Positions 1-10,760 of a stretch of DNA of 64,000 bases are shown piece after piece. Where the stretch lies: positions 64,001-128,000 of the forward strand of contig CAWJTV010000036.1 in NCBI GenBank assembly GCA_963845755.1, given 5' to 3'. The notes under the pieces were generated by a model, which searched no databases, was not told the origin of the DNA, and saw nothing but the letters and a program-made list of their open reading frames with translations. The position numbers and the translations under genes were made by a program. Numbering within the stretch: the stretch's first letter is position 1; the number at the start of each line of letters is the position of its first letter. The DNA comes from an uncultured Planctomycetota bacterium. Its GTDB lineage: Bacteria; Planctomycetota; Planctomycetia; Isosphaerales; Isosphaeraceae.

Positions 1-1
1 G

Positions 2-253
2 CCGCCGCTATTCCCGGTCTTGCTGAGAACGACCGGGGCCGGCTTCTGTTACAACATCGGTCGCATCGCCGCGGCGGCCGGAACCGTCATCTTCGGGCTA
101 TTCTCAAACGTGGGGGACTATCGGATTGCCCTCCTCTGCGCCGGGTTGCTTTTCCTGCCGGCGACGCTCCTCGCCTTGTGGTTACCCGATCTCCCCGATC
201 ATCATCCTGAGACATTATCCGTCGGCATTGAGGGCACTCGCATCGTGGATTGA
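2..253 (+). CDS. MFS transporter, C-terminal part (begins before window)
   Basis: PPLFPVLLRTTGAGFCYNIGRIAAAAG followed by two hydrophobic helices, typical of MFS TM11-12; stop TGA 251-253. Confidence 0.8.
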   Translation, partial: PPLFPVLLRTTGAGFCYNIGRIAAAAGTVIFGLFSNVGDYRIALLCAGLLFLPATLLALWLPDLPDHHPETLSVGIEGTRIVD

Positions 254-263
254 CCGTGTCGAG

Positions 264-570
264 CTAACGCGGCCTTCGGCCGCAACTCAAGAGGGATTCA
301 CGATTCCCAATTCCGGATTCCGGATGAAGAAGGATTCGGGAATCTGGAGTCTCGAATTCGGAATCTGGAATCTGGAATCTGGAATCTGGAATCTGGAGTC
401 TGGAGTCTCGAATTTGGAATCTCGGAATCTCGAATCCGGAATCTCGAATCCGGAATCTCGAATCCGGAATCTGGAATCTCGAATCCGGAATCTCGAATCC
501 GGAATCTCGAATCCGGAATCTCGAATCCGGAATCTCGAATCCGGAATCTCGAGTCCGGAATCCGGAATCG
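264..570. repeat. Palindromic element with expanded heptamer tandem array (GGAATCT/CGAATCC; 14-bp unit CTCGAATCCGGAAT)
   Basis: Terminal motif CTAACGCGGCCTTCGGCCGCAAC (264-286), a few inverted heptamers (~294-325), then ~230 bp of tandem heptamers. Same family as 37547-37917 in the opposite orientation. Confidence 0.95.
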
Positions 571-726
571 AAGGATCCCCGAGATCGCGTGCGCACGACG
601 CAGGGATCCTACGGAGGGAGACTCTTATTCGGAGATCGGCAGCTTGCCAGCGGAAAGGGATTTGCTGCTCGACGCCGCGACGATCGACCTGCGCGATAGG
701 TCGTGTGCGAGACTCTCGATCCCGCG

Positions 727-1229
727 CTATTCATGCTCCTCGCCCCTCTCGCGTCGTCCCAGGCTGTTGACCGTGCTGGTGGCGGCGTAGATGAGATCGG
801 GGACCACCGGCCCATCGGTGCGATAAGCGCCCGTGCCGCCCTGGTACCGGCGTCCGTGCGACCAGCCCAGGATCACGCGGCGTCGGAAATGCGCGGCACC
901 GGTTTCGTCCCAGCCCCAGGTCCCCTCGTCGCGCCGGCGGGCTTCACCCTGGCGATGGCCATGGCCGATCGGGACGCCACCGCCGACATAGTAACCGATT
1001 CCGCCGGGCGTCGCGCTCGGCTCCAGGTGACCGGCCGGCGTTCGCGGGTAGCCCCGCGGTCGTCGGTGTGCGGGATGAACCGCGGCTCGCCCGGCGGCGG
1101 CGTCCCCTCTTTCTTCTGGTGATGACGGGCGAAGAGGTGGAATCGCCGGGACGGGTCCTCGGCGTACGCCGCGACGCCGGCAGCCAGGATCTGGCCCGCC
1201 AGGATGGCTCGCAACACGGATGCTCGCAT
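727..1229 (-). CDS. Small secreted hypothetical protein (one indel near 1052; not given whole in ORF track)
   Basis: GGAGGGAG RBS, ATG 1229, signal peptide MRASVLRAILAGQILAAGVAAYA-E. After one frameshift it reads GYPRTPAGHLEPSATPGGIGYYVGGGVPIGH...EGTWGWDETG...WSHGRRYQGGTGAYRTDGP to TAG 727-729. Confidence 0.75.
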
Positions 1230-1245
1230 CAGCTCCCTCCGAGGA

Positions 1246-3352
1246 TCACGCCTTCTTCCTCCGCGGCGCCGGCAAGGGCAAGGGCAAGGCCGACCCTTCC
1301 GCATATTTGGGACCGCCGATCGGCACGTGCGGGTTTCGGTTGAACTTGAAGAACGGCAGTCGGACGCCCCGGACCTTCACCATGTCGGCACGCTTCCGAC
1401 TGGGCGGGGCATAGGCCAGCGCCGCCTCCGCGGTCACGTCGTCGTCCTGGAACACACCGTCACCGCTGACCCCCAGGCCGCCGACGAGCGGCTTGGTCGC
1501 TCCGGTGCCGGTGAGGTCCTTGTACAACGGCGCACTGCCGGGGAAGAACACCACGCCGTTCTGGTTCGCCGGGTTGGACGGGTCGTGGAAGTTCGCGTTG
1601 GGGTTGAAGTCGGCGTAGCCCTGGAGGCTCTGATAGTCCTTGGCCGGCAGTGGAGCGCCCTGATTCGTGCCGTACGGGGTCACGCCACCGTCGGTCAAGA
1701 TCGAGCCCGGACCGGCCGGGTCGATATCGATCCCCTCGGGGAAATGCGGCAACGAGAGGTAGCGGAAGGTCCGGGCGGTGAGCGCCGTGCCGGCGGGAAT
1801 CCCCTTGATCTTGTCGGCCGGCTGGAGCTGGCTGGCGTTGTCGTAGTAGGCGACGTTGCGGGCCTTGGCGACCGCCACGCCGATCGAGAAATACGTGGCG
1901 TCCGGCATGCGGTACAGGCCCAGGATGTCGCCGTTCTCGTCGCTGACGGCGAAGACCATCCGGGTGGTACTGTTCAAGGGCAGTCGGATCTGGGCACGGA
2001 CCTGGCCGGCCTCGGCGATCCCGCGGGCCACGATCGCCTCGACGTCGGCTGCGGTCAGGTCGCCGCCGGCGTGGGGCGTCACCAGCCAGCCATAGGGCAC
2101 ACCCTGGCCGGGCAGGTAGATGTCCCCCTGCGCGTCAACCGGCTGGTCCGTGCCGTCATCGGGACTCCCCGCCCCGAATTTCGCGCCGTAGCTCAACACG
2201 TTCTTGACGCCTTCCAGCCCGCCGTGACCGAAGAGGTTGAGCGTGATGCCGACCAGGTCGATCCGGCCGAAGGGCTCGGTGAAATTGGGCAGCGCCGGCG
2301 CGCCGTTGACCGGGCCGTTGATCGGCACCCCGGCCTGCGAGCTCCCTCCGGCCGCCACGAACGCCATGTACTCGGCGACGTCCGAGTAATCCGGCTCCTT
2401 CTTGTTCCGCAGGAGCGGCGTGTTCAGAGTCGAGTTCTCTTCGGTAGCGTAGCCCGTGGTACCGGGGAAGAAGACGCCGATGCCGCCGACCTCGGCGAAG
2501 GTCCCGTCCGGCTGCTTCTTGTACAGGGGCAAGCCGCCGGGCAGGGTCGCAATCCCCCGCGACTGCGCCGTGGGCAGGATGCCCGTGACCTGCCCGTACG
2601 ACTCGGGCGCGACAAGGTTGCCGCCGGCCGGAATGTCCTGTGAGGGGACGTTGAACCGCGTCCCTGTGGCATTGCTGATGCTGTCCCGGTTCGTGCCCTC
2701 GATGTCGAAGAGATCGACCTGCGGCGTGAACTGGATGCCCGGGGGGAAGTGTCCCTTGATCGCCACCGGCGCGACGTAGCCCGGGCCGTAGATCGTCGAG
2801 TTGCCGCCCGGATCGGGGACGTCGGGGTTGGAGTTCGACCTCGCGCTGGGAGACCGTGGTCTGGCTGATGTCCTGGACGGTTCGGGAGGTCAAGGGCGCC
2901 GTGTCGTTGGCGAAATAGGCGCCCGTGCGAGCCAGCGAGACGGCGCCATCGATGGCGAAGACCTTGTTCGTCACATCGTCCGTGATCTGCGTCGAGACCC
3001 CGCTCTCGATCCGGACGCCCAGGATCGTCCCGTTGCGGTTGACCACGGCGATGATGGCATCATTCAGGTCGGTGGCCGCCGCCGCGCGCTCCAGGAGCGT
3101 CTTCACGTCGCCGGGCGTGAGCACCTGGTCGGGCAAGGGCGGCGCGGAGGGATCGTCGGGATTGGTCGGGTCGTAGCCATGCACGCCAGGAGCGATGTCG
3201 GTGCCGCTGGTGACGGCCGAGGAGACATGCGCGGCGGAGTGCCGGGCCGACGCGCTGAGCAGCATACGCGGCTCGAGCCGGTCACACGACAGGCCGACAA
3301 CTCCGTCCCACCTGCGGCGCGGACGGGAATCGCGCAAGCTCCACCATCGCAT
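1246..3352 (-). CDS. Secreted heme-binding protein with tandem GlcG/HbpS (DUF336-like) domains (indel near 2833)
   Basis: Planctomycete export motif DRLEPRMLLS. Two GlcG-like units (AIIAVVNRNGTILG...LPGGLPLYK...VGGIGV; MVFAVSDENGDILG...AVAKARNVAYY...FPGSAPLYK...VGGLGVSGDGVFQDD). Joins ORFs 2156..3487 and 1246..2766. Confidence 0.8.
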
Positions 3353-3789
3353 GGCGTTCCGTCGCCTCTCGCCTCGGGTTCCCCGGGCCGACGGGCCATG
3401 AGCCGCCGGACGCGCCGTACTCCGAGAAATGGGCCCTTGACCGCCGTCCCTATTGCCGACGGTCGATCGCGTTCCACGCTCCATCACTCAGGAGGATCGG
3501 CGGTCCTGCCGTCACAGATCACTTTTTCCGTGCGATCGTGGCCATGCATGTGATCGCGACAATCGAAAGATTCGTCAAAATCCTCAACTTTTCCTGTCGT
3601 GTGAACCGATCTTGAAGCGACAGACCATACCTTGTCTTCGTGGTATCGGTCCGGGCCGAATACGTCACGTCGTGAGTCACCGATCGACTCTTCATTTCCG
3701 GCAGGCGTCACCAGCCGTGTTCTCGCATGCCGTCGGGACACGTATCGTTCCTGCGCCCCAGCGCCAACGAAGATCTCCGGGGGAAATCG

Positions 3790-5786
3790 ATGGGGCTGAG
3801 CCGCCGAGCCTGGGTCCTGGCTACGACACTCGCGCGATCGGCGCGTGGTGCGGGCCGGTCGGCGCCCAGGAGCGAACGACGCCTTCGGTCCCGCCGCCGG
3901 CGGCGTCCGGCTCGCCCTCGGATCCGAGTCCGACGAACCTGCCTCCGGTCTTCCCCACTCCGGACTCGCCGAGCGAACGAATGACGCGGGACTCGGGGGC
4001 TACGAATCGCCCGCTCACCGGCCCTTGGCCCGGCGTGCTAAGGCGGCCGATCGACGTCCCGTCCTCGCCGGCCCTGGTCGGGCCGCTCTTCGACACCGGC
4101 CCGTTCCTCCAGGTACCGATGGATCCCCCGACCGGCTATACCGGACCGTCCGGAGTGCTCCCCACCGAGCCGCAGCAGTCGAGCCATTTCGTCCCGGTCG
4201 AGGATCGCTGGCGGATCGGATCTCCCACCTGGGACCGCTACGACAAAGGCCATCCGATCACCGACGAGTACCCCTACATGCCCGGCCGATTGCTCGACCC
4301 GTACAACCTCAACGTCTTCAAGGGGGATTACCCGATCCTCGGCCAGCATACGTTCCTCGACATCAGCGCGACGGCCAACCTCGACTTCGAAGGCCGTGAG
4401 ATCCCGACCCAGACCTCGGGGTTCGAGAGCACGGAGCGCCCGTTCTCCGGAAACTCGTTCGGCCGGCCCAACAGCTTCTTCACGCTCAACTTCTTCTCGT
4501 TCTCGTTCGACCTGTTCCACGGCGATGGGGCGTTCAAGCCGGTCGATTGGCGCATCAAGCTGGTCCCGACCCTGGGCGTCAGCAACTTCTCGTTCAGCGA
4601 GCAGGCGCAGACCAGCCCCAACGTGGCCCAGGGGACCATTCGCACCCGAGAAGTCTGGGCGCTCCAGGAGGCGTTCGCGGAGTACAAGCTGGCCGACCTC
4701 GGCCCCGATTACGATTTCGTCTCGGTCCGCGCCGGCAACCAGCCGTTCAACGCCGATTTCCGCGGATTCCTCTTCTCCGACATCAACCGGGGAGTCCGGC
4801 TCTTCGGCACCCAGCACTCGAATCGCGACCAGTTCAACCTGGTGTACTTCCGCCAGTGGGAAAAGGACACCAACACCGGCCTGAACACGTTCAACGACCG
4901 CGGACAGAACCTGATCTTCGCCAATTACTACCGCCAGGACTTCATCTTCCCCGGCTACACGGCGCAGGTGAGCCTGAACTACGACAACGACCCGGCGTCG
5001 ATCAAGTTCGACAAGAACCGGTTCCTGGTGCGCCCGGACCCCGTGGGCAACTTCCAGCCGCACGAGGTGGACGTGGCCTATCTGGGCATCGCGGGCGACG
5101 GACACTGGGGCCGGTTCAACCTGACGAACCAGTTCTACTGGGCGTTCGGCCGCGACAGCATGAACCCGCTGGCCAACCGCCCGCAGACGATCAATGCGCA
5201 GATGGCGGCGATCGAAGGCTCGTACGACCGCGACTGGGTGCGGTACCGGCTGTCATTCTTCTTCGCATCGGGGGACGGCAACGTCAACGACACGCACGCC
5301 ACCGGGTTCGACACGATCCTCGACGCGCCCAATTTCGCCGGCGGCCAGTTCAGCTTCTGGAACCGGCAGCAGATCGGCCTGCAAGGAGTGAACCTGGTAC
5401 AGCGGCTCAGCCTGGTGCCCGACCTGCGCTCGAGCAAGATCCAGGGCCAGGCGAACTTCGTCAACCCCGGGCTGATCCTGCCCACCTTCGGCATGGACTT
5501 CGAGCTGACGCCCACGCTCAAGCTGATCACCAACTACAACCTGGTCTGGTTCGACAAGACGGCCCCGTTACAGCAGTTCTTGTACCAGGGGAACATCGAC
5601 CGTTTCGTCGGGTTCGACATCGGCTATGGCTTCGAGTATCGACCGCTGTTGAGCGAGAACGTCGCGATCATCGGCGGCGTGCAGATGTTGATCCCCGGTC
5701 AGGGTTTCCGTGACATCTACAACAATTTCGACAATCGGGTCGGCGGCCTGGTCGCGGGGTTCCTCAATTCGGTGTTCACGTTCTAG
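3790..5786 (+). CDS. Putative outer-membrane beta-barrel protein (indel near 3835 in the signal peptide)
   Basis: ATG 3790 MGLSRRAWVLATTLA joins AIGAWCGPVGAQE. Pro-rich linker, then aromatic-rich alternating beta-strands, ending FLNSVFTF (terminal Phe, beta-signal-like). Confidence 0.7.
5712..5786 (+). repeat. 75-bp direct repeat, copy 1 (3' end of barrel gene; attL-like)
   Basis: 69/75 identical to 14729-14803. Confidence 0.95.
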
Positions 5787-5828
5787 AGCGCATGGCGTTC
5801 GAATTGCGACACGGTGCGAGGCCGCCCG

Positions 5829-6158
5829 AGTTAACTTGGTCCTTGATCTGTTGAGGCCCATGGGCCCATGATCTCATTTCTTTCCGAACATTCTTTGCCC
5901 ATCTTCCGTGCTCGCTCCCCTATATGTTGCTATTTATTACCTCTGATCTGCTTTGTTCTCGGAATAATTTCCGCCTTCCATAGCTGGCGATTCCCTAACT
6001 AAGTAAGGCATGTTAATTTTTATCAACAGTCTGTTGACCGCGCATTGGATCATTGTTATCAGAAGAGAATCCATGCGGATGGTCGTCGTTAACTTGCGGT
6101 CGCGGCTCGGGTCGGGCTGTGGGTGAGGAAGGCGAAGAAAGGGATCGAAGAGAGTTAA
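5829..6158. repeat. 330-bp AT-rich non-coding direct repeat, copy 1
   Basis: Near-identical to 12865-13195; GAGTTAA at both ends of this copy. Confidence 0.95.
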
Positions 6159-6185
6159 ATCACCTTTCGTGATTCTGGGAGACTT

Positions 6186-6353
6186 TCATCCAGCGCTGGC
6201 TCGCGGGTAGCAATGGTGCCCGCGCTTGTTCCAAGCCTCAAGGTAGATCTTCTTGTTCCATAAGTTTCTCCATGGTCGGGCACCGATGGTTCCATGGGAC
6301 GGTGGCGTGTAAGTCCTCCCAGACCCGTTCGATGCGATTGTGATCGGGGCAGT
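6186..6353 (-). pseudogene. IS630-family transposase C-terminal remnant
   Basis: Minus strand reads CPDHNRIERVWEDLHATVPWNHRCPTMEKLM, matching the IS630 DDE C-terminal P-x-x-N-x-I-E-x-x-W signature. Confidence 0.7.
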
Positions 6354-6358
6354 CAGCC

Positions 6359-6800
6359 CGGGCGTACCTGAAACAGACCGGCTATCGCCATGGGCTCCTG
6401 TTCTGGGCCGAGAAGAACGGCCAGGGTGGTCCGTTGCGATATCAATGAGACTCCTCGCCGATCTCCATCGGGTTTTTATGATAACATGAAGGTAGAAAAG
6501 GACTTAAACTCATTCCCACGCTCCGCGTGAGAACGAGAGGGGGAGCGTCGGGCGGTGGCGATCAGCGAGGAGTCTCATATCAATCGGTGCAAGAACGCTG
6601 GGCGGGCTACTGTGCCCGGGCCGGGGTCTGCTGCACGCTCCACCGGTTGCGTCACACGCACGCGACCGAGCTGGTTAAGGGAGGCGTGAGCCTAGCGACG
6701 ATCCGCAAGCGTCTGGGGCACAAGACTCTCCAGACCACATTGCGATATGCCAAGCAGTTCGGATGCGACGGCCGATGGGAAGTGCGCAGCGGAAGCAATT
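6359..6800 (+). pseudogene. Tyrosine recombinase/integrase C-terminal remnant interrupted by a MITE
   Basis: RAYLKQTGYRHGLLFWAEKNGQGGPLRYQ|SVQERW...LHRLRHTHATELVKGGVSLATIRKRLGHKTLQTTLRYA: HxxR, LGH and catalytic Tyr present; N-terminus missing. Confidence 0.85.
6446..6577. mobile_element. 132-bp MITE
   Basis: Terminal inverted repeats TGAGACTCCTCGC(C/T)GATC (17/18). 6-bp target duplication TATCAA at 6440-6445 and 6578-6583. Removal restores the integrase frame PLRYQSVQERW. Confidence 0.9.
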
Positions 6801-6938
6801 GCGATCCCGATGATAATCCTAGACGACGTTTGCGGATGAGCCAGGCCCACTCACCGGGGCTCAGAGCATGTTTTCGCAGCAATCTGGGCGGCACCATGAG
6901 TCCGAAACTGGATTGCTCGAGCAAATTGGGACACCTAG

Positions 6939-8587
6939 GAGCCTGTCCGAGAATTCGCCCGTGTCTCGCCTTGGCCCCTGGGTTCCCACCGGGCCTTGGC
7001 CATTTCGGCCTCGGCCGCGCCCTCGGCGCGCACTATCCCACTCAACTCTCGGCGGCGGCGCAGGTGTGGCGCCAAATCTTCAGTAGATTGTGGGTCAGGC
7101 AGATCAGTTGCCACTCGGCGGAGACTTTCTCCAAGCCACGGAGCAGAAACTGGCGAATCCCCCGCGCGAATTTGATCTGGCCGAAGACCGGTTCGACGAT
7201 CTGCTTCCGCGCCGCGTACAGGGCTTTGCCGGCCGCCGTACGCAGTTTGTGCTGCATCTTCTCGTTCACACTCGCTTCCGGTGCGGGAGCCGTCGTCGCC
7301 GACGTCACCGCAGCCACGTGGTGCTTCTGACGCTCAACAGCCACATACGGGTCCATGCCGAGCTGCTCCAGTCCCGCCACCGCTTTCGCGCTGAAATAGC
7401 CCGTGTCCGCCGTGTTCGGAATCGGCGTCGGGGTCCCGTCGCTGGCCATCGGCCGCGGGATCCCAGCCGCCTCCAGATTGTTTAAGGCTGCTTGCGCCAT
7501 CGGCACCGCCTGTTCCTTGTCGTTGGGCGCTCGAGGTCACGTCCGGGGCGACGATGATCTGGTGCGCGCCATCCACCACCGCCTGGGCGTTGTACGAATA
7601 ATCGAACCCCTTGTTGCTCTGCTTCATGATCTTCGCTTCGGGGTCGGTGAAGTTCATTTGCGCCTTCTCCTCGGGACTCGGATCGATCGGAGCCGGTGGC
7701 TTGCCCCGGCGTTTGCGGCCGTCCGCTTCCCGCTGGGCTTGGGCCTGATCCCGGCGGCGTTGTTCTTCGTCCGCCCGGGCAGCCGCCTCGGCTTCCAGCC
7801 GCGCTTTCGCCTCGCGAATCTTGGCCAACCGATCGTCACGCCGCTTCAATTCCGCCGGCAGTTCGTCGCCGCGACGGCTCCCCAACGCCGCATCTTGCTC
7901 GGCGTCGAGCTGCTCAGCTTCCTGGAGCATTTGCTCGATCTCGGCCTTCAGCCGTTCGATTTCCTTCCCCATGTAGCCGTAGCTCATCGCCTTGTGCCGC
8001 GAGGCGTTGGCCCCCATCTTGGTCCCGTCGGTGGACAGGTTCCCCAACTTGACCATCCCCAACTCGCCCGCGATGCGCAGCACCTCAAGGAACAGGGGCC
8101 GCAGTGCCGCCAGGTGGATCTTGCGAAAATCGCTGATAGTGCGGAAGTCGGGCCGATCGATACCGACAATGGCTCGGAACGCCAGATTGCGCTCACAGGC
8201 GGCGGCGATCTTCCGGCTGGAGCGGACACCGATGCAGTAGGCATAGACCAGCAGCGTCACCATCATGGTCACGTCGAAGGGGGGTTGGCCGCGCAGTTCC
8301 TGGGCATAATGCTTGTGGAACGGAGTGAGGTCAAGCTGCGGGATGAGATCGATGAGGAAGAACACCAGATCGTCTTCGGGGAGCGCCTCCCGCGGCGAGA
8401 TGGCGTCGTGACCATTCTGTCGAGGGTCCCAGGCTCGGTAGGTCTTGCGTCGGCCCTCCATGATTCGGCTCCCCGATCAGGCACCAAGGTAGAGGAAAGG
8501 TCGGAAACCCGCATTGTGCCCGAACCGACTCCGTCCGTACACCTGGCTCATCCGCGACAATGCGGGTCAGAGTTCTCAGACAGGCTC
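6939..8587 (-). mobile_element. IS1182-family insertion sequence, 1649 bp
   Basis: TIR GAGCCTGTC(C/T)GAGAA(T/C)TC (16/18); CTAG duplicated at 6935-6938 and 8588-8591. Confidence 0.9.
7042..8461 (-). CDS. IS1182-family DDE transposase (indel near 7527)
   Basis: GQPPFDVTMM...RSSRKIA...PDFRTISDFR, STDGTKMGANAS, NFTDPEAKIM, ADTGYFS, RKQIVEPVFGQIK. Confidence 0.9.
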
Positions 8588-8760
8588 CTAGCCTGCGATT
8601 GGCGTGACCGAGAGGCCGAAGGTGCAGTACTGGAAATGCCGTCTGCCGTTTACCCCATACCGAGGGTTTCGAAATCCTCTCTCGGCAAGGTGCATGATGC
8701 CCAACGAATGTGGTGGTCCCCCCTGTTTCGAGATCGCTCGCATAGACGTGGAATTCGGCA

Positions 8761-9918
8761 ATGATCGGCCCTCTATTGAGCCCGGCTTTCGAGAGCGGCG
8801 GGCCAATGCGTGGGAGCTTCCTATTGCCTACCATCTGCCGGATCGTTGATCGCAACGGCGAGCTGGTCGCCACGGTCGCCAACCTCGATGAGATTCACGC
8901 GCTTCTCAGCGACAATACCCCTCGGAAGCCGTTGCGAGGGAAGCCGCCTTTGCTGAGCGTGGTCATCCCGCTGTTCAACGAAGAGCTGAACGTGGAGCAG
9001 CTCCATCGTCGGCTGGTGGATTCGCTCGACACGCTAGGTGAACCCTACGAGATCCTCTTCGTCAACGACGGCAGCCGCGATGATACGCCGGGGCGGCTGG
9101 AGCGAATTCAGGACGAGAGTCCCCAGGTCACCGTGATCCACTTGAGCCGGAATTTCGGCCACCAGGCGGCCGTATCGGCAGGGTTGGAATATGCCAGGGG
9201 CCGGGCCGTCGTCGTGATGGACGGCGACCTCCAGGATCCGCCCGAAGTCCTCCCGCAGTTCGTGGATCGCTGGAGGAAGGGCTACGACGTGGTCTACGCG
9301 GTTCGTCTGCAGCGGAAGGAGGGGCCGATCAAGCGACTCTGCTACTTCCTCTTCTACCGGATCATGAACGCGATCAGCGACATCGACATCCCGCTCGATA
9401 GCGGCGATTTCTGCTTGATGGACCGCAAGGTGATCGAGGTCCTGGTCGGCCTGCCCGAACGGATGCGTTTCGTCCGCGGGCTGCGTACGTTCGTCGGGTT
9501 CAAGCAAACGGGCCTCGAGTACAAACGTGCGGCACGTGCGGCCGGCAAGCCGAAATATACCTTGCGTTCGCTGATCTCGTTGGCCATCGACGGGCTGGTC
9601 AGCTTCAGCGGCTATCCGTTGCGGCTCTTAGCCTACGTGGGAGTCGCGACCGCGTTCGCCTCAGGCCTGGTGACGGTCTGGGTGCTGATCGACGCCCTGG
9701 CCAACCATACGGCCCCCCGCGGCTGGGCCAGCGTCATGGCCGCGATCCTGTTCGTGGGCTCGATCCAGCTCATCGGGCTGGGGGTGGTCGGTGAATACAT
9801 CCGCCTGATCTTCCTCGAGTCGAAGCGACGGCCCATGTACATCATCGGCGAATATCGCCCCATGGGGTTCACCGCGGCGGAGGGCTATCGCGTGGCCCCG
9901 CCGATCGAGATCTGCTAG
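8761..9918 (+). CDS. Family 2 glycosyltransferase (GtrB/ArnC-like polyprenol-phosphate glycosyltransferase); start uncertain
   Basis: LSVVIPLFNEE, VNDGSRD, LSRNFGHQAA, MDGDLQDPPE, GDFCLMDR and two C-terminal TM helices. Confidence 0.9.
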   Translation: MIGPLLSPAFESGGPMRGSFLLPTICRIVDRNGELVATVANLDEIHALLSDNTPRKPLRGKPPLLSVVIPLFNEELNVEQLHRRLVDSLDTLGEPYEILFVNDGSRDDTPGRLERIQDESPQVTVIHLSRNFGHQAAVSAGLEYARGRAVVVMDGDLQDPPEVLPQFVDRWRKGYDVVYAVRLQRKEGPIKRLCYFLFYRIMNAISDIDIPLDSGDFCLMDRKVIEVLVGLPERMRFVRGLRTFVGFKQTGLEYKRAARAAGKPKYTLRSLISLAIDGLVSFSGYPLRLLAYVGVATAFASGLVTVWVLIDALANHTAPRGWASVMAAILFVGSIQLIGLGVVGEYIRLIFLESKRRPMYIIGEYRPMGFTAAEGYRVAPPIEIC

Positions 9919-9929
9919 GAAGTCAAGAC

Positions 9930-10760
9930 ATGATCCACCGCTGGTCCGAGGGCGTGGCCGCCGACAACATGGCGGAGGACATCCTCGTCGAGTTGGGCTC
10001 GCTCATCAACCGCCACCCGTGGTGGCGGGCGCGGTCGCGGCTGACGCAGGAGCTCCTCGGTCGCCTGGGCGTGGCGCCGCCGGCGCGGGTGTTCGATGCG
10101 GGCTGCGGCTGGGGCACCACGTTGGAGGCCCTGGAGCGGGCGGGATACCGCGCCACCGGCGCCGACATCTCGCGGAGGGCCCTCGAGCGACTGGATCGAC
10201 CGGGCCGGGAGCTGGTGGAGGTGGACCTCACCAAGCCCTTGCCTCCGGAGGAGGTCCGGGGCTACGACGCCGTGCTGGCCCTCGACGTGATCGAGCATCT
10301 CGACGATGACCGGGCCGCGGTCGGCCGGCTGGGCGAACTGGCACGCCCGGGCGGATACGTGGTCGTGAGCGTCCCGTCCCGGCCCGACCTGTTCTCGGAG
10401 TTCGATCGCATCCAAGGGCATCGCCGCCGCTACCTGCCGGAGACCCTGGAGCGGGCCTTCCAGGTCGCCGACCTGGAACTCGAGCAGACCTTCTGGTGGG
10501 GCGCCTGGATGGTGCCCCTGATCCGCTGGTCGCGCGGCCGCTCCAAGGCGGCGGCCGGCAAGTTGACCGCCGCGGCCTACTGCCATTATCTCGCTCCCCC
10601 CTTGGCCGGTGCCGCTCGCCATGAAGGCCGCCTACGCGATCGAGCAGCCCCCGCGCTGGCCGGCAAGCTCCGCGACGGGACGTCGCTCTTCGCCGTCGCT
10701 CGCCGGGTCGCGCGAACCGAGGCCATGCCGTCGGCGATCCTCGAACCGGAGCGAACATGA
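9930..10760 (+). CDS. Class I SAM-dependent methyltransferase
   Basis: HPWW-R, VFDAGCGWG motif I, LDVIEHLDDD, GHRRRY; possible indel near 10610. Confidence 0.85.
   Translation: MIHRWSEGVAADNMAEDILVELGSLINRHPWWRARSRLTQELLGRLGVAPPARVFDAGCGWGTTLEALERAGYRATGADISRRALERLDRPGRELVEVDLTKPLPPEEVRGYDAVLALDVIEHLDDDRAAVGRLGELARPGGYVVVSVPSRPDLFSEFDRIQGHRRRYLPETLERAFQVADLELEQTFWWGAWMVPLIRWSRGRSKAAAGKLTAAAYCHYLAPPLAGAARHEGRLRDRAAPALAGKLRDGTSLFAVARRVARTEAMPSAILEPERT

Noticed and set aside
126..770. ORFs 126..770 and 264..596 (also 37246..37995) as repeat proteins
   Set aside because: They are translations of non-coding heptamer repeats.
1204..2643. Long antisense or alternate-frame ORFs (e.g. 1204..2643, 21465..23036, 40231..42351, 55078..57207, 59780..61639)
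   Set aside because: Shadow ORFs of high-GC genes; they overlap well-supported CDSs and have no motifs.
5990..6020. dif/Xer site within the 330-bp repeat (…GCATGTTAATT)
   Set aside because: Only a partial XerD-arm resemblance and no convincing XerC arm.
6815..6885. Possible additional IS end fragments (CTAGACGACGTTTGCGGATGA; AGAGCATGTTTT)
   Set aside because: No partner end or target duplication found; too weak to call.
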